From: an uncultured Eubacteriales bacterium
GTDB taxonomy: Bacteria; Bacillota; Clostridia; Oscillospirales; Acutalibacteraceae
Direction of reading: 5' to 3'
NCBI GenBank assembly: GCA_900317875.1
Contig: ONIJ01000188.1
Span: 1-51,906, forward strand
Length of the DNA: 51,906 nt
The position numbers and the translations under genes are program-made. The notes beneath the pieces were generated by a model. The model did no database searches, had not been told where the DNA came from, and saw nothing but the letters and a program-made list of their open reading frames with translations. This document shows, piece by piece, positions 29,705-38,613 of the stretch (its first letter is position 1; every line of letters starts with the position of its first letter).

Positions 29705-29733
29705 TTGCCTTTTTATCGGGGGTTTGATATAAT
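29705..29733 (+). promoter_or_regulatory. Sigma-A promoter of the S41 peptidase gene
   Basis: TTGCCT-N17-TATAAT with extended TG. Confidence 0.65.
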
Positions 29734-29793
29734 AAAATCAACTCGGATCCGCGCCGTAAAACCCGTGTCCGCAAGTCTTGGGGAGGAGATTCA

Positions 29794-31719
29794 ATGAAGA
29801 AAATATTGTCTGTGCTGCTTGCCGCTTCAATGCTTTTATCGTTCGCCGCGCTTTTGCCTGCGGGAGCCGAGGCAGACGGCAAACCGAGCTACGAAAAAAA
29901 GGAGCTGAACGTAAAGTTTGAGGACAGCTCCGATGAGACGAAGTACACCTGTCTGTTCCGCTCTGATCTTCCGGAGGTCCCTTTCGTGAGCGTAGCCGAC
30001 TATCTGGAAATGCTTTTTAAAGAAAAGACCGAATTTTCCAATGACGGCGGCAGCGTGTTCACCTTGAAAAGAAACAACTACAGCCTGATTATCGACACTG
30101 AAAAAGACACCATTGCCTGTGATAACTGCGAAAGCTTTGTGAGCGCCGGCACTATGCAGACCAAAGACGAAACGTTTGATTTCTTCAGTACGACAAACAG
30201 CTGCAAATTAACGGACTCTTCAAAAGCGATGGAGCTTAACCTCAAAAAATACAATATCGACATTGTCGCCTCCGACGGCAAAGCATATATGCCTTACTGT
30301 ACCTTGAACGACATTTTTGCCGACAGCTACAGCGCGCTCATCTACAAAAACGGCGAGCTGATGTTCGTAAAAAGTATGTCTGTCTACGGAGCCGGCAACA
30401 CCTACAGCAAGTACGAGGCAAAAAGAAGCAAAGCGATGGTTGAGTTCTCCTACAGCGAGATGTGCTTCGTGATGGATTGCTGCTACGGAAAGCCCTCAAA
30501 GGCGGTGCTCTCGGAAAGCATTGAAAAAGACGGCTTCGACAAAACCATGGATAACTACAGCGAGGCAACCGCGAAAATCAAAAAAATGCTCCTCTCGGAA
30601 AACTACGAGGAGTATTGCATCGGAGTAAGCGTTCTTAACGCCTATCTCGACGACGGAGGACACACAAATCTCACCCACGGAATGCAAAAGCAGGTCAAAG
30701 ATTTTAATCTGCAAACCCTGAAGGATACGGTGGATAAGAACTTTTCCGACAAAACCTATTCCGACCTCGATAAGGTTCTGGCAATAAGATCCGAAAAGGC
30801 AACAACCGACCGCATAAGAGGCAGAGCCTCCTATCAGAAGAAGCTTGCCTTCGACAACCTGGAAATGGTGAAGATGTGGGACTGCGCAAGCCTCTACCGC
30901 ACTGACGATACCGTGATTTTTGTTTTCGATGATTTTCTTCCTCCCGCTGTCAATGCTTTCAAGGAATCTCTTGATTTTGCCAAGGATAACGGGGTAAAGA
31001 ACTTTATCGTCGACATTTCCACAAACAAGGGAGGCGCACTCAGCGTATGCGCTTATATGCTGAAGATGATGAGGCCGGAAGCCAAGCAGTATATGGGAAA
31101 TGTTCTCACCGGCAAAACGTTCGTCATCGATTACCCGATCGACAAAAATCTTGACGGCAAAACCGATGAAAATGACGACGCTCTGAAGTATGATCTGAAC
31201 TTTGCGATCCTCACAACAAAGCTCTCATATTCCGCCGCAAATATGCTGCCCTGTCAGGCGCAGGACGCGGGAGTGGCTATTCTCGGAGAAACCAGCGGAG
31301 GCGGCTGCTGCAACACCACGCCCAGATTCTACGCCGACGGCACTCCGTATGTGATTTCTTCCACCGGCAAGATAGTCCATTCCGACGGAACCGACATTGA
31401 CGGCGGAGCCAAGCCCGACACCGAGCTCATCGGTGCCGAAAAGGAATACGAAGGCTTTTATAACGTCGAAAAAATGAAAGCGGGAGTCGCAAAGTTCTAC
31501 GGACTGCCGTACGATGAAAGCGTTCCGGAAACCGAAGCCGCTTCCACAGAGGCAGAGAAGGAAGAAACGCAGGCGGAAACCTCCGGTTCGGAAAAGAAAG
31601 ACACCGGCGACTCGAACGGTTATATATTTATTTACATCTGCCATCTGCGCGGGAGCGCTGGCATTGGCGGCTGCTGCGGCAATTGCAGTTATAATTCTGA
31701 AAAAGAAGAAAAAGTCTGA
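29794..31719 (+). CDS. Secreted S41-family peptidase; C-terminal anchor frameshifted (anchored form would end at 31747)
   Basis: Signal peptide, DGGHT, IVDISTNKGG, SYSAAN, LGETSGGG; hydrophobic helix plus KKKKK in another frame at about 31640-31747. Confidence 0.78.
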   Translation: MKKILSVLLAASMLLSFAALLPAGAEADGKPSYEKKELNVKFEDSSDETKYTCLFRSDLPEVPFVSVADYLEMLFKEKTEFSNDGGSVFTLKRNNYSLIIDTEKDTIACDNCESFVSAGTMQTKDETFDFFSTTNSCKLTDSSKAMELNLKKYNIDIVASDGKAYMPYCTLNDIFADSYSALIYKNGELMFVKSMSVYGAGNTYSKYEAKRSKAMVEFSYSEMCFVMDCCYGKPSKAVLSESIEKDGFDKTMDNYSEATAKIKKMLLSENYEEYCIGVSVLNAYLDDGGHTNLTHGMQKQVKDFNLQTLKDTVDKNFSDKTYSDLDKVLAIRSEKATTDRIRGRASYQKKLAFDNLEMVKMWDCASLYRTDDTVIFVFDDFLPPAVNAFKESLDFAKDNGVKNFIVDISTNKGGALSVCAYMLKMMRPEAKQYMGNVLTGKTFVIDYPIDKNLDGKTDENDDALKYDLNFAILTTKLSYSAANMLPCQAQDAGVAILGETSGGGCCNTTPRFYADGTPYVISSTGKIVHSDGTDIDGGAKPDTELIGAEKEYEGFYNVEKMKAGVAKFYGLPYDESVPETEAASTEAEKEETQAETSGSEKKDTGDSNGYIFIYICHLRGSAGIGGCCGNCSYNSEKEEKV

Positions 31720-31751
31720 CGGTACAACCGACGGATCCGAAGAATAAACAA

Positions 31752-31782
31752 AAAGCTCTTTCCGAAACACGGAAAGAGCTTT
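31752..31782. terminator. Bidirectional terminator
   Basis: Perfect 13-bp stem AAAGCTCTTTCCG/CGGAAAGAGCTTT between convergent genes. Confidence 0.8.
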
Positions 31783-31789
31783 GACTTTT

Positions 31790-32749
31790 TTACTCGGAAT
31801 AGGACTCGTCGTCAAGGTATTCGTCGACGATGAAGCGCGGGCGGCGCTTGGTTTCCAGATAGATTTTGCCGATATATTCGCCGATGATGCCGATGGCGAG
31901 GAGCTGCAGACCTCCCAGTGCCCAAATCGAGCACAGCGTGCTTGCCCAGCCGCTGACGGCGACGCCTACAAAGAAGCTTATTACGGAATATATTATCATC
32001 ACAAGGCTGATCAGGAAGATGAACAGTCCGAGCCATGTGATAATTCTGATAGGCTGGATGCTGAGCGAGGTGATGCCCTCCCACGCAAGAGAAAGCATTT
32101 TCTTCAGAGGATACTTGCTTTCGCCCGCAAGACGCTCGGAGCGCTCATATTTGACGATTTCCGACTTGTAGCCGATGAGGGGAACCATACCTCTGAGAAA
32201 AATGTTGGTTTCGCGGTATAGCGAAAAAGCCTCAAGCGCCCGTCTGCTCATAAGACGGAAATCGGCGTGGTTGAAGATTACCTTTGCGCCCATTCGGTTA
32301 AGGATTTTATAAAACGCCTCGGCGGTAAAGCGCTTGAAGAACGTGTCGGTCGCCCGCTTTGAGCGAACTCCGTAAACAACGTCGCAGCCGTTTTCGTAAT
32401 GCCTGACCATTTCGTCAAATACGTTTATGTCGTCCTGCAGGTCGGCGTCGATCGAAATAACCGCGTCCGCTTTGTCCCTGAGCGTCATAAGTCCCGCCAA
32501 AAGGGCGTTTTGGTGACCGCGGTTGCGGCTTAGCTTAATGCCCTGGAAGATGGCGTTCTGATTATGAAGATCCTTTATGATGTCCCACGTCCTGTCCTTT
32601 GAGCCGTCGTCGATAAAAACGATTTTGCTGTCGGGAGATATTGTCTCGGCAGACATCATATCATAGTACTTGTTGAGTAGTTTCTCTGCGGAATCCCACA
32701 ATACGTCTTCCTCGTTGTAGCACGGAATCGCAAGATATAGCTTTGTCAT
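31790..32749 (-). CDS. GT2 undecaprenyl-phosphate glycosyltransferase (GtrB/CsbB-like)
   Basis: IPCYNEE, DDGSKD, SRNRGHQ, DADLQD, ADFRLMSR, GESKY, two C-terminal TMs, GEYIGKIY.ETK.RP. Confidence 0.92.
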   Translation of the reverse strand: MTKLYLAIPCYNEEDVLWDSAEKLLNKYYDMMSAETISPDSKIVFIDDGSKDRTWDIIKDLHNQNAIFQGIKLSRNRGHQNALLAGLMTLRDKADAVISIDADLQDDINVFDEMVRHYENGCDVVYGVRSKRATDTFFKRFTAEAFYKILNRMGAKVIFNHADFRLMSRRALEAFSLYRETNIFLRGMVPLIGYKSEIVKYERSERLAGESKYPLKKMLSLAWEGITSLSIQPIRIITWLGLFIFLISLVMIIYSVISFFVGVAVSGWASTLCSIWALGGLQLLAIGIIGEYIGKIYLETKRRPRFIVDEYLDDESYSE

Positions 32750-32780
32750 ATGTTCACCTTATTATTAATTCTTTAAACTA

Positions 32781-32809
32781 ATCATAATACGGGTGTTAAA
32801 AAATGTCAA
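32781..32809 (-). promoter_or_regulatory. Sigma-A promoter of the GT2 gene
   Basis: TTGACA-N17-TATGAT on the minus strand. Confidence 0.6.
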
Positions 32810-32883
32810 GAAAAATAGTTATAACAAAATAGAAGCCGCGCCTGAAAAATTTGTAATATTTTTTGTAAAATTAAAAAAATCAC

Positions 32884-32912
32884 TTGTAAAGAGCACCCGT
32901 TTGTATTATAAT
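32884..32912 (+). promoter_or_regulatory. Sigma-A promoter of pfkA
   Basis: TTGTAA-N17-TATAAT. Confidence 0.6.
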
Positions 32913-32959
32913 TGAAAGGTAAATAACAAATACTATAAAAATCCTTTGGAGGAATTGAT

Positions 32960-33928
32960 ATGTCAGAAAAATGTATTGCGGTTTTAACCAGCGGCGGCGA
33001 TGCTCCCGGTATGAACGCGGCTGTCAGAGCTGTTGTTCGTTCGGGCATTAACAGAGGAATGCGCGTGTTCGGAGTCTATCGCGGCTACAACGGACTTCTC
33101 AACGGAGATATAAAAGAGATGAATCTCCGTTCTGTATCGGATATTATCGGCAACGGCGGCACAATGCTCTACACCGCCAGAAGCGAGGAATTCAAAAAGA
33201 AAGAGGCTCAGGAGCGCGCGGCTGATTTCTGCCGCAGCAAGGGAATCGAGGGCGTTGTCGTAATCGGCGGCGACGGCTCGTTCAGAGGAGCAAGAGCGCT
33301 CACCAACGCGGGCATCAACTGCATCGGCGTTCCCGGAACGATCGACAACGACATCGCCTGCTCAGAATACACAGTCGGCTTTGACACCGCTATGAACACT
33401 GCTCTCGAAATGGTAGACCGTATCCGCGACACCGCGCAGTCACACGACCGCTGCTCGATCGTTGAGGTAATGGGCAGACGCTGCGGCGACATCGCTCTGC
33501 AGACAGGTATCGCAACCGGCGCTACCGCTATTCTGGTTCCGGAGGTTGATTTCAATATCGAGCGCGATGTTATCGCAAGAATCATCAACACACAGAAAAC
33601 CGGCAAAAAGCACTTCGTAATCGTCGTGGCCGAGGGCGTAGGCGGCGTTGCCGATCTCGCCAAGTACATCGAGCACCGTCTCGGCATCGAGGCGAGAGCC
33701 ACAATTCTCGGACACGTACAGCGCGGAGGTTCTCCCACTCTCCGCGACAGAGTCGTGGCGAGCCAGATGGGCTACGAGGCTGTTTCACTTCTCGACAAGG
33801 GAATCGGAAACCGTGTTGTAGTAATGCGCGGCGGCAAAATCACAAACCTCGATATCAACGAAGCGCTTGAGATGGAGCGCGTATTCGACACTAAGCTCTA
33901 CAAGGTTGCAATGTCAATTTCCATCTGA
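32960..33928 (+). CDS. pfkA: ATP-dependent 6-phosphofructokinase
   Basis: LTSGGDAPGMN, GGDGS, PGTIDND, EVMGR, LGHVQRGG. Confidence 0.97.
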   Translation: MSEKCIAVLTSGGDAPGMNAAVRAVVRSGINRGMRVFGVYRGYNGLLNGDIKEMNLRSVSDIIGNGGTMLYTARSEEFKKKEAQERAADFCRSKGIEGVVVIGGDGSFRGARALTNAGINCIGVPGTIDNDIACSEYTVGFDTAMNTALEMVDRIRDTAQSHDRCSIVEVMGRRCGDIALQTGIATGATAILVPEVDFNIERDVIARIINTQKTGKKHFVIVVAEGVGGVADLAKYIEHRLGIEARATILGHVQRGGSPTLRDRVVASQMGYEAVSLLDKGIGNRVVVMRGGKITNLDINEALEMERVFDTKLYKVAMSISI

Positions 33929-33948
33929 TTCTTAACATTCACATTAAC

Positions 33949-33979
33949 CGCGGGCGGACAGAGTTCGCCCGTGATTTTT
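33949..33979 (+). terminator. Terminator after pfkA
   Basis: CGCGGGCGGAC-aga-GTTCGCCCGTG followed by ATTTTT. Confidence 0.6.
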
Positions 33980-34029
33980 AGACATCGCCTTTTGGCGGCA
34001 AAAAGTTTCAGCAAAAGAGGAACTCAGCT

Positions 34030-35589
34030 ATGCTTTCAAAATTGCGGAAAATTTCCAAGGATTTAATAATATATTCCGTTTTGATTTCGGACTTTGAAAA
34101 GCTCGACTTTAAAAATGACGCTTTGGCGGGCGTAAGGGCGAATTATTTTAATGCCAAGTGCTCGCCTCAAATCGAAAAAACGGATATTATCATTGATAAC
34201 CGCCCCTGTACTCTCGCGTATTCAATGCGAGCAGGCGAGCCGCTTTCGTGGAAAATCAGCGTTGACAACCGTCCGGTGCAAACCGTTAAGCGCTCGGCCG
34301 ACGGCGGCTACTGCGTTGTATCCTACGGAGAAAACGGCGTTGTCTACAGAAGGCAGTTTTTCGGCGGAAACCATTATTGGCTGAGAACCGAATACTACAA
34401 TAAAAATCTCGAAAACGAGATCTCTGCGGTGGTTTATCCCCGTATATCAGACGGTCTGATGGTGCTCCGTCTGCAAAGATTTTTGCAGACAGGCATTGAA
34501 TCTCTCGATTTGTATCCCTCGATGAATATTCCAAAGAAGCGCTGCACTGCGCTCATCTACTCCAACTCAGGAATGATTTGGTATGACGAGAGCTTTAAAC
34601 CCGTGGAGGTCGCGGATAAATCCGATAACGAGCCGAAGGGCGGATTTGATTTAAAAAGAGAAGCCTTTTCATCGGGAATGAGCAGGGATTTGCTCAACCT
34701 GAAAAACGCAGATTATCTTTCCGAGGGCGATATTGCCGCTCCCTCAGAGGAGACGGTTCCCGTTCCCGAACCCGAGCCCAAGGAGTATTCCGCTTACGAC
34801 CGCATCGAAGACATTCTGTTTGAGGCTCACAAAACCAATAAAAATATTTTCGGAGAGCTTGCGAACAATCTGATTATAGATGAACCCGAGCCCAAAGCGG
34901 AAGAGATTACCGAGAAAACCGCAGAGCCCGAGGTTGAAGCAGTTCCCGAAGAGATCGCTGAGCCCGAGGTTGAAGCAGTTCCCGAAGAGATCGCAGAGCC
35001 CAAGGCGGAAGAATTTCCCGAGGAAGCCGCAGAGCCAGAAGGTGAAGCGGTTCCCGAGGAGAATGAGGAACTCCCGGGCGGTGATGAGGAAGAAAGCGAG
35101 CCTGCCATTCTGGAAACTCCCGAGGAGGGCGAGCCCGATACGCTTATCAACACCAAAAACGGAGCCTATGCTTATTTCGGAGAGCTTGACGATAATAACT
35201 GCCGCACCGGCAGGGGAAGAACCGTTACCCCGGAAGGCATCACCTCCTATGACGGCGACTATCTCGACGATAAACGCCACGGCTTCGGTGTGTGCTACTA
35301 TAAAGAGGGCAGCCCGAATTATATCGGCGACTGGGTCGAGGGCAACCGCAGCGGCAGAGGCGTAGGCTTCCGGCGCAGCGACGGCACCGTCCATGTCGGA
35401 CGCTGGAGCGAAAACAAGCCCGACGGCTTCGGCGCGCGCTTTGATAAGGACGGCGATTTCCTCGACGTATGCACCTATGTGGGAGGAGTGCGCAACGGCA
35501 AGAGCGTATCCTTCGACGAGGACGGCAACGTTGTAATCAGAATTTGGAAGGACGGCGAGATCGTCGGCGAAAAAATAATTTCCGACTAG
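34030..35589 (+). CDS. MORN-repeat protein with acidic repeat linker
   Basis: C-terminal YxGx(W/Y/L)...xGxG repeats (YDGDYLDDKRHGFG, YIGDWVEGNRSGRG); E/P-rich linker. Confidence 0.8.
   Translation: MLSKLRKISKDLIIYSVLISDFEKLDFKNDALAGVRANYFNAKCSPQIEKTDIIIDNRPCTLAYSMRAGEPLSWKISVDNRPVQTVKRSADGGYCVVSYGENGVVYRRQFFGGNHYWLRTEYYNKNLENEISAVVYPRISDGLMVLRLQRFLQTGIESLDLYPSMNIPKKRCTALIYSNSGMIWYDESFKPVEVADKSDNEPKGGFDLKREAFSSGMSRDLLNLKNADYLSEGDIAAPSEETVPVPEPEPKEYSAYDRIEDILFEAHKTNKNIFGELANNLIIDEPEPKAEEITEKTAEPEVEAVPEEIAEPEVEAVPEEIAEPKAEEFPEEAAEPEGEAVPEENEELPGGDEEESEPAILETPEEGEPDTLINTKNGAYAYFGELDDNNCRTGRGRTVTPEGITSYDGDYLDDKRHGFGVCYYKEGSPNYIGDWVEGNRSGRGVGFRRSDGTVHVGRWSENKPDGFGARFDKDGDFLDVCTYVGGVRNGKSVSFDEDGNVVIRIWKDGEIVGEKIISD
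34885..35064 (+). repeat. Five imperfect tandem 36-bp coding repeats
   Basis: Units start at 34885, 34921, 34957, 34993, 35029; units 2 and 3 both encode AEPEVEAVPEEI. Confidence 0.85.
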
Positions 35590-35598
35590 GAGTAATAT

Positions 35599-36396
35599 AT
35601 GGAAGAACTACAGAATGCCCTGTGGTCGTTTGTAAAGGGCTTTATGTCATTTGCGGTTGTGCTTATTATCGGAGCGCTCGTCGTCAAGATCGCGCTGATT
35701 CCGGTGAAAAAGCTGCTGCTCAAGTCAAAAATCGATCTCACGGCAAAAACATTTTTATATTCGATCATCCGCGTCGTTTTCTACGGCATTGTGGTGATCA
35801 CGGCACTCGGCACAGCCAAGGTCGACATAACCTCGCTTGTCACGGCTCTCGGAGCCGCGGCTCTGACCGCGGGCCTTGCGTTTCAGGACACGCTCAAAAA
35901 TTTCGTCAGCGGTATGATAGTCCTGTTCAACAAGCCGATCGCGGCGGGAGACTTGATCCGGATTGAAGACATAGAGGGCTATGTTGACAACATAAAGATT
36001 TTTTACACTCAGATCCACACCTTTGACAACAGGATCGTAGCGATCCCCAATTCAAAGCTCACCACAAACAACGTTATCAACTGTTCGTCTGCGGGCACGC
36101 GCAGGATCGACGTGAAATTCTCCGTAAGCTACGAGGACAATCTTTCCAAGGTAAAAAGCGTTGTTTACGATGTGATCGCGGATATTCCGCAGGTTATCGG
36201 GGAGCCGGAGCCGAAGGTTTACGTTTCAAAACATCTCGACAGCGGTGTGGAAATTTTTGCCATGATCTGGGTAAAGCAGGAAGACTATTATCCCGTGAAG
36301 TTCCGTTTGATCGAGGACGTCAAGAACGCCTTTGATGAAAACAGCATCACAATCCCGTATCCGCACGTTATGCTTGCGAATAAAACAGAAAAATAA
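35599..36396 (+). CDS. mscS: Small-conductance mechanosensitive channel
   Basis: Three TMs, GLAFQDTLKNFVSG, GDLI, IPNS, IPYP. Confidence 0.9.
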   Translation: MEELQNALWSFVKGFMSFAVVLIIGALVVKIALIPVKKLLLKSKIDLTAKTFLYSIIRVVFYGIVVITALGTAKVDITSLVTALGAAALTAGLAFQDTLKNFVSGMIVLFNKPIAAGDLIRIEDIEGYVDNIKIFYTQIHTFDNRIVAIPNSKLTTNNVINCSSAGTRRIDVKFSVSYEDNLSKVKSVVYDVIADIPQVIGEPEPKVYVSKHLDSGVEIFAMIWVKQEDYYPVKFRLIEDVKNAFDENSITIPYPHVMLANKTEK

Positions 36397-36405
36397 ACGC
36401 ATAAT

Positions 36406-36437
36406 AATGGTGTCGTTTTGCAACGGCGCCATTTTTT
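36406..36437 (+). terminator. Terminator after mscS
   Basis: AATGGTGTCGTT/AACGGCGCCATT stem plus T run. Confidence 0.65.
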
Positions 36438-36457
36438 ATTACAAAGGATGAATTGTT

Positions 36458-36790
36458 TTGAAAAGAATAATCAGCGTTTGCTTTGCCGCTTCAATGCTGC
36501 TCGGCTCCTTGGCGGGCTGCGCAAAAAAAGCGGACGACGCTAAATCAAAGGTCGACTCAGGTGTTTCCGCCGTTGTGTCGGGCGGAAGGGAAACCGTAAG
36601 CGACATCGGCGAGGGCATTACCAAAGCTGTGTCGGGCGTAGTCAGCGAGGCGGACAGAATGTATGACAACGGACAAGTCTCGGACGGCGACGGAATCATC
36701 GGCAACGAGGACGAAACCGAGGATACAACCGAACCCGAGGATACTACCGACATAACTTACGAGGAATCGCAGTTTCTCTCGATGGAATGA
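36458..36790 (+). CDS. Small lipoprotein of unknown function
   Basis: TTG start after AAAGGA; signal peptide with lipobox LAGC; acidic tail. Confidence 0.7.
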   Translation: MKRIISVCFAASMLLGSLAGCAKKADDAKSKVDSGVSAVVSGGRETVSDIGEGITKAVSGVVSEADRMYDNGQVSDGDGIIGNEDETEDTTEPEDTTDITYEESQFLSME

Positions 36791-36792
36791 CA

Positions 36793-36817
36793 AAAGGAGC
36801 CGGTTCTCGGCTCCTTT
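36793..36817. terminator. Bidirectional terminator
   Basis: AAAGGAGCCG/CGGCTCCTTT between the convergent lipoprotein gene and sigE. Confidence 0.75.
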
Positions 36818-36821
36818 AATT

Positions 36822-37520
36822 CTATCCTGCTTTTTCGAGCTCCGTTCTCAGTTGACGGATGATTTTCTTTTCGAGCCTTGAAATATACGACTGCGAAATC
36901 CCGAGCAAATCGGCGACCTGCTTTTGCGTGTGTTCACGTTTTCCGTTCAGACCGAACCGCAGCTCCATAATTTTGCACTCGCGGCTGTTGAGCTTTGAAA
37001 CCTCGCGCAGAACCATCTGCTTTTCAACCTCATATTCAAGGTTGTCTCCGATTTCCTCGGCGTCGCTTCCCAGAATATCGCAGAGCAGCAGCTCGTTTCC
37101 GTCCCAGTCGGTGTTCAGGGGCTCGTCAATCGAAATCTCGTTTTTGAGTTGGGATGACTTTCTGAGAAACATAAGGATTTCATTTTCTATGCAGCGCGAG
37201 GCGTAGGTGGCGAGCTTGATATTCTTCTCGGGCGAAAATGTGTTAACCGCTTTAATCAGCCCGATCGTTCCAATTGAAATCAAATCCTCGGTGCCGGCAC
37301 TCGGCGACTCAAACTTCTTGGCAATATATACCACCAGCCTGAGGTTGTGGACTATAAGCGGTTCTCTGGCTCGGCTGTCGCCCGATCTTATCCGCTCGAT
37401 CACAGCCGCTTCCTCCGCCTTGCTCAGCGGAGGAGGAAGGGTTTCGCTTCCGTTTATGTAAAAAACGGCATTGTCAAAAAACCACAGCTTCAGTTTAAGC
37501 AAAAATCCTATCATTTTCAT
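36822..37520 (-). CDS. sigE: Sporulation sigma factor SigE (pro-form)
   Basis: Pro-sequence then [52 protein letters not shown]; downstream of spoIIGA. Confidence 0.96.
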   Translation of the reverse strand: MKMIGFLLKLKLWFFDNAVFYINGSETLPPPLSKAEEAAVIERIRSGDSRAREPLIVHNLRLVVYIAKKFESPSAGTEDLISIGTIGLIKAVNTFSPEKNIKLATYASRCIENEILMFLRKSSQLKNEISIDEPLNTDWDGNELLLCDILGSDAEEIGDNLEYEVEKQMVLREVSKLNSRECKIMELRFGLNGKREHTQKQVADLLGISQSYISRLEKKIIRQLRTELEKAG

Positions 37521-37527
37521 TACCTCA

Positions 37528-38325
37528 CTATATTTTAATTAACGCGTAGGGCACGATCGCCTTCACGTCGCTCTTTAATACGCCGCTGCACAAGCCTATG
37601 TAAACACGGTTTGAGATCTCCTTTCCGTCAATAATTATCCGGCTTGCGCGGATACCTTCAAGTATTCCCTGACCGCCAAGACTGTTGAAGGGGATAATTC
37701 TCTTTTGGAAATTTAACACAGGCTTATTCCCGAAAAGCTCCCTCTCGGCAATAATAACGTATTCGCCCGAAAACGGCTCCCTTACCTCGCAGCCCGTGTC
37801 GATAACGGCGCGGAATTCGATCGCCTCGCCTGCAATACCGAGCTTTACGGTGCATAGCCGCTTTCCTGTTTCACCCATGGTTAGTTTTCTCAGCACACGC
37901 ATAATATAGTAGCAGATCAAGGTGAGAATAATCAGCAGGATAGGGGAAATATTAAAGTATACAACGTCATTGTATACCTCCATTCCTTTTGGTCTGAAGG
38001 CGGAATAAATAAAAACCATAATTCCGCAAAAGAAAAATGATACCCCGAAAAATACTAAAGTACGTTTTAAAAAGCTCCTGAAATCTGCCTTTCCAAAGGC
38101 AATCAATACCAGTGCGGAAGCAAACAGGAGGTCAAGCAGAATGTTCAGCGCGGCGGGTATTTCGGGAAGGAGAGCGACAAGGCTCTGGGCGCCGCCGAGC
38201 AGGCTTGCGAGAATCAGGCGAAGCAGCTTTGATTTGAGCTGCAAAAACCGTCCTGTTCCCAGGAGCAGAAGAAAGTCGATAAAAATATTGACAACGACCA
38301 GGACGTCTACATACACAGTGCGCAT
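37528..38325 (-). CDS. spoIIGA: Pro-sigmaE processing aspartic peptidase
   Basis: [15 protein letters not shown], five TMs, catalytic [13 protein letters not shown]; upstream of sigE. Confidence 0.92.
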   Translation of the reverse strand: MRTVYVDVLVVVNIFIDFLLLLGTGRFLQLKSKLLRLILASLLGGAQSLVALLPEIPAALNILLDLLFASALVLIAFGKADFRSFLKRTLVFFGVSFFFCGIMVFIYSAFRPKGMEVYNDVVYFNISPILLIILTLICYYIMRVLRKLTMGETGKRLCTVKLGIAGEAIEFRAVIDTGCEVREPFSGEYVIIAERELFGNKPVLNFQKRIIPFNSLGGQGILEGIRASRIIIDGKEISNRVYIGLCSGVLKSDVKAIVPYALIKI

Positions 38326-38341
38326 TTTTATCACCCATCAC

Positions 38342-38375
38342 ATTATCGCACATACAATGGATAAACAATGTCAAA
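38342..38375 (-). promoter_or_regulatory. spoIIG-type Spo0A-activated sigma-A promoter
   Basis: TTGACA (38369-38374), 21-bp spacer, TG-n-GATAAT (38342-38347); 0A-box-like TGTCAAA overlaps the -35. Confidence 0.55.
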
Positions 38376-38398
38376 TTCTGTTCAGGAGGGAAAATTTT

Positions 38399-38485
38399 AT
38401 GGTGGCAGGAATTATTATCGGGACCTTTATCGGAGGATTCTTGGGAGTCGCATTTATGTGCCTGCTTTATTACAGCAGGGGATAA
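38399..38485 (+). CDS. 28-aa single-TM small protein (DUF3789-like)
   Basis: AGGAGG RBS then MVAGIIIGTFIGGFLGVAFMCLLYYSRG; family recognised from memory. Confidence 0.7.
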   Translation: MVAGIIIGTFIGGFLGVAFMCLLYYSRG

Positions 38486-38613
38486 TCAATTCTTCTTTGG
38501 CAATAAATATATAATCTACTCAAAATGTATGGATTTTTAGGGAAATATGTGTTATAATCTTCCTGACTATAAAAAGTGCATTTTTAAAAATGTACAATGA
38601 TCGAGGGAGAAAT

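Noticed and set aside
29740-29790. GC-rich leader of the S41 peptidase as a riboswitch
   Set aside because: Only a weak stem is visible and I recognise no known aptamer motif.
31514-31747. 77-aa ORF as an independent gene
   Set aside because: Overlaps the peptidase, has no clear RBS, and its hydrophobic end is better explained as the frameshifted anchor.
34885-35064. 36-bp repeats as a CRISPR array
   Set aside because: Repeats are contiguous with no spacers, in frame inside a CDS, and no cas genes are present.
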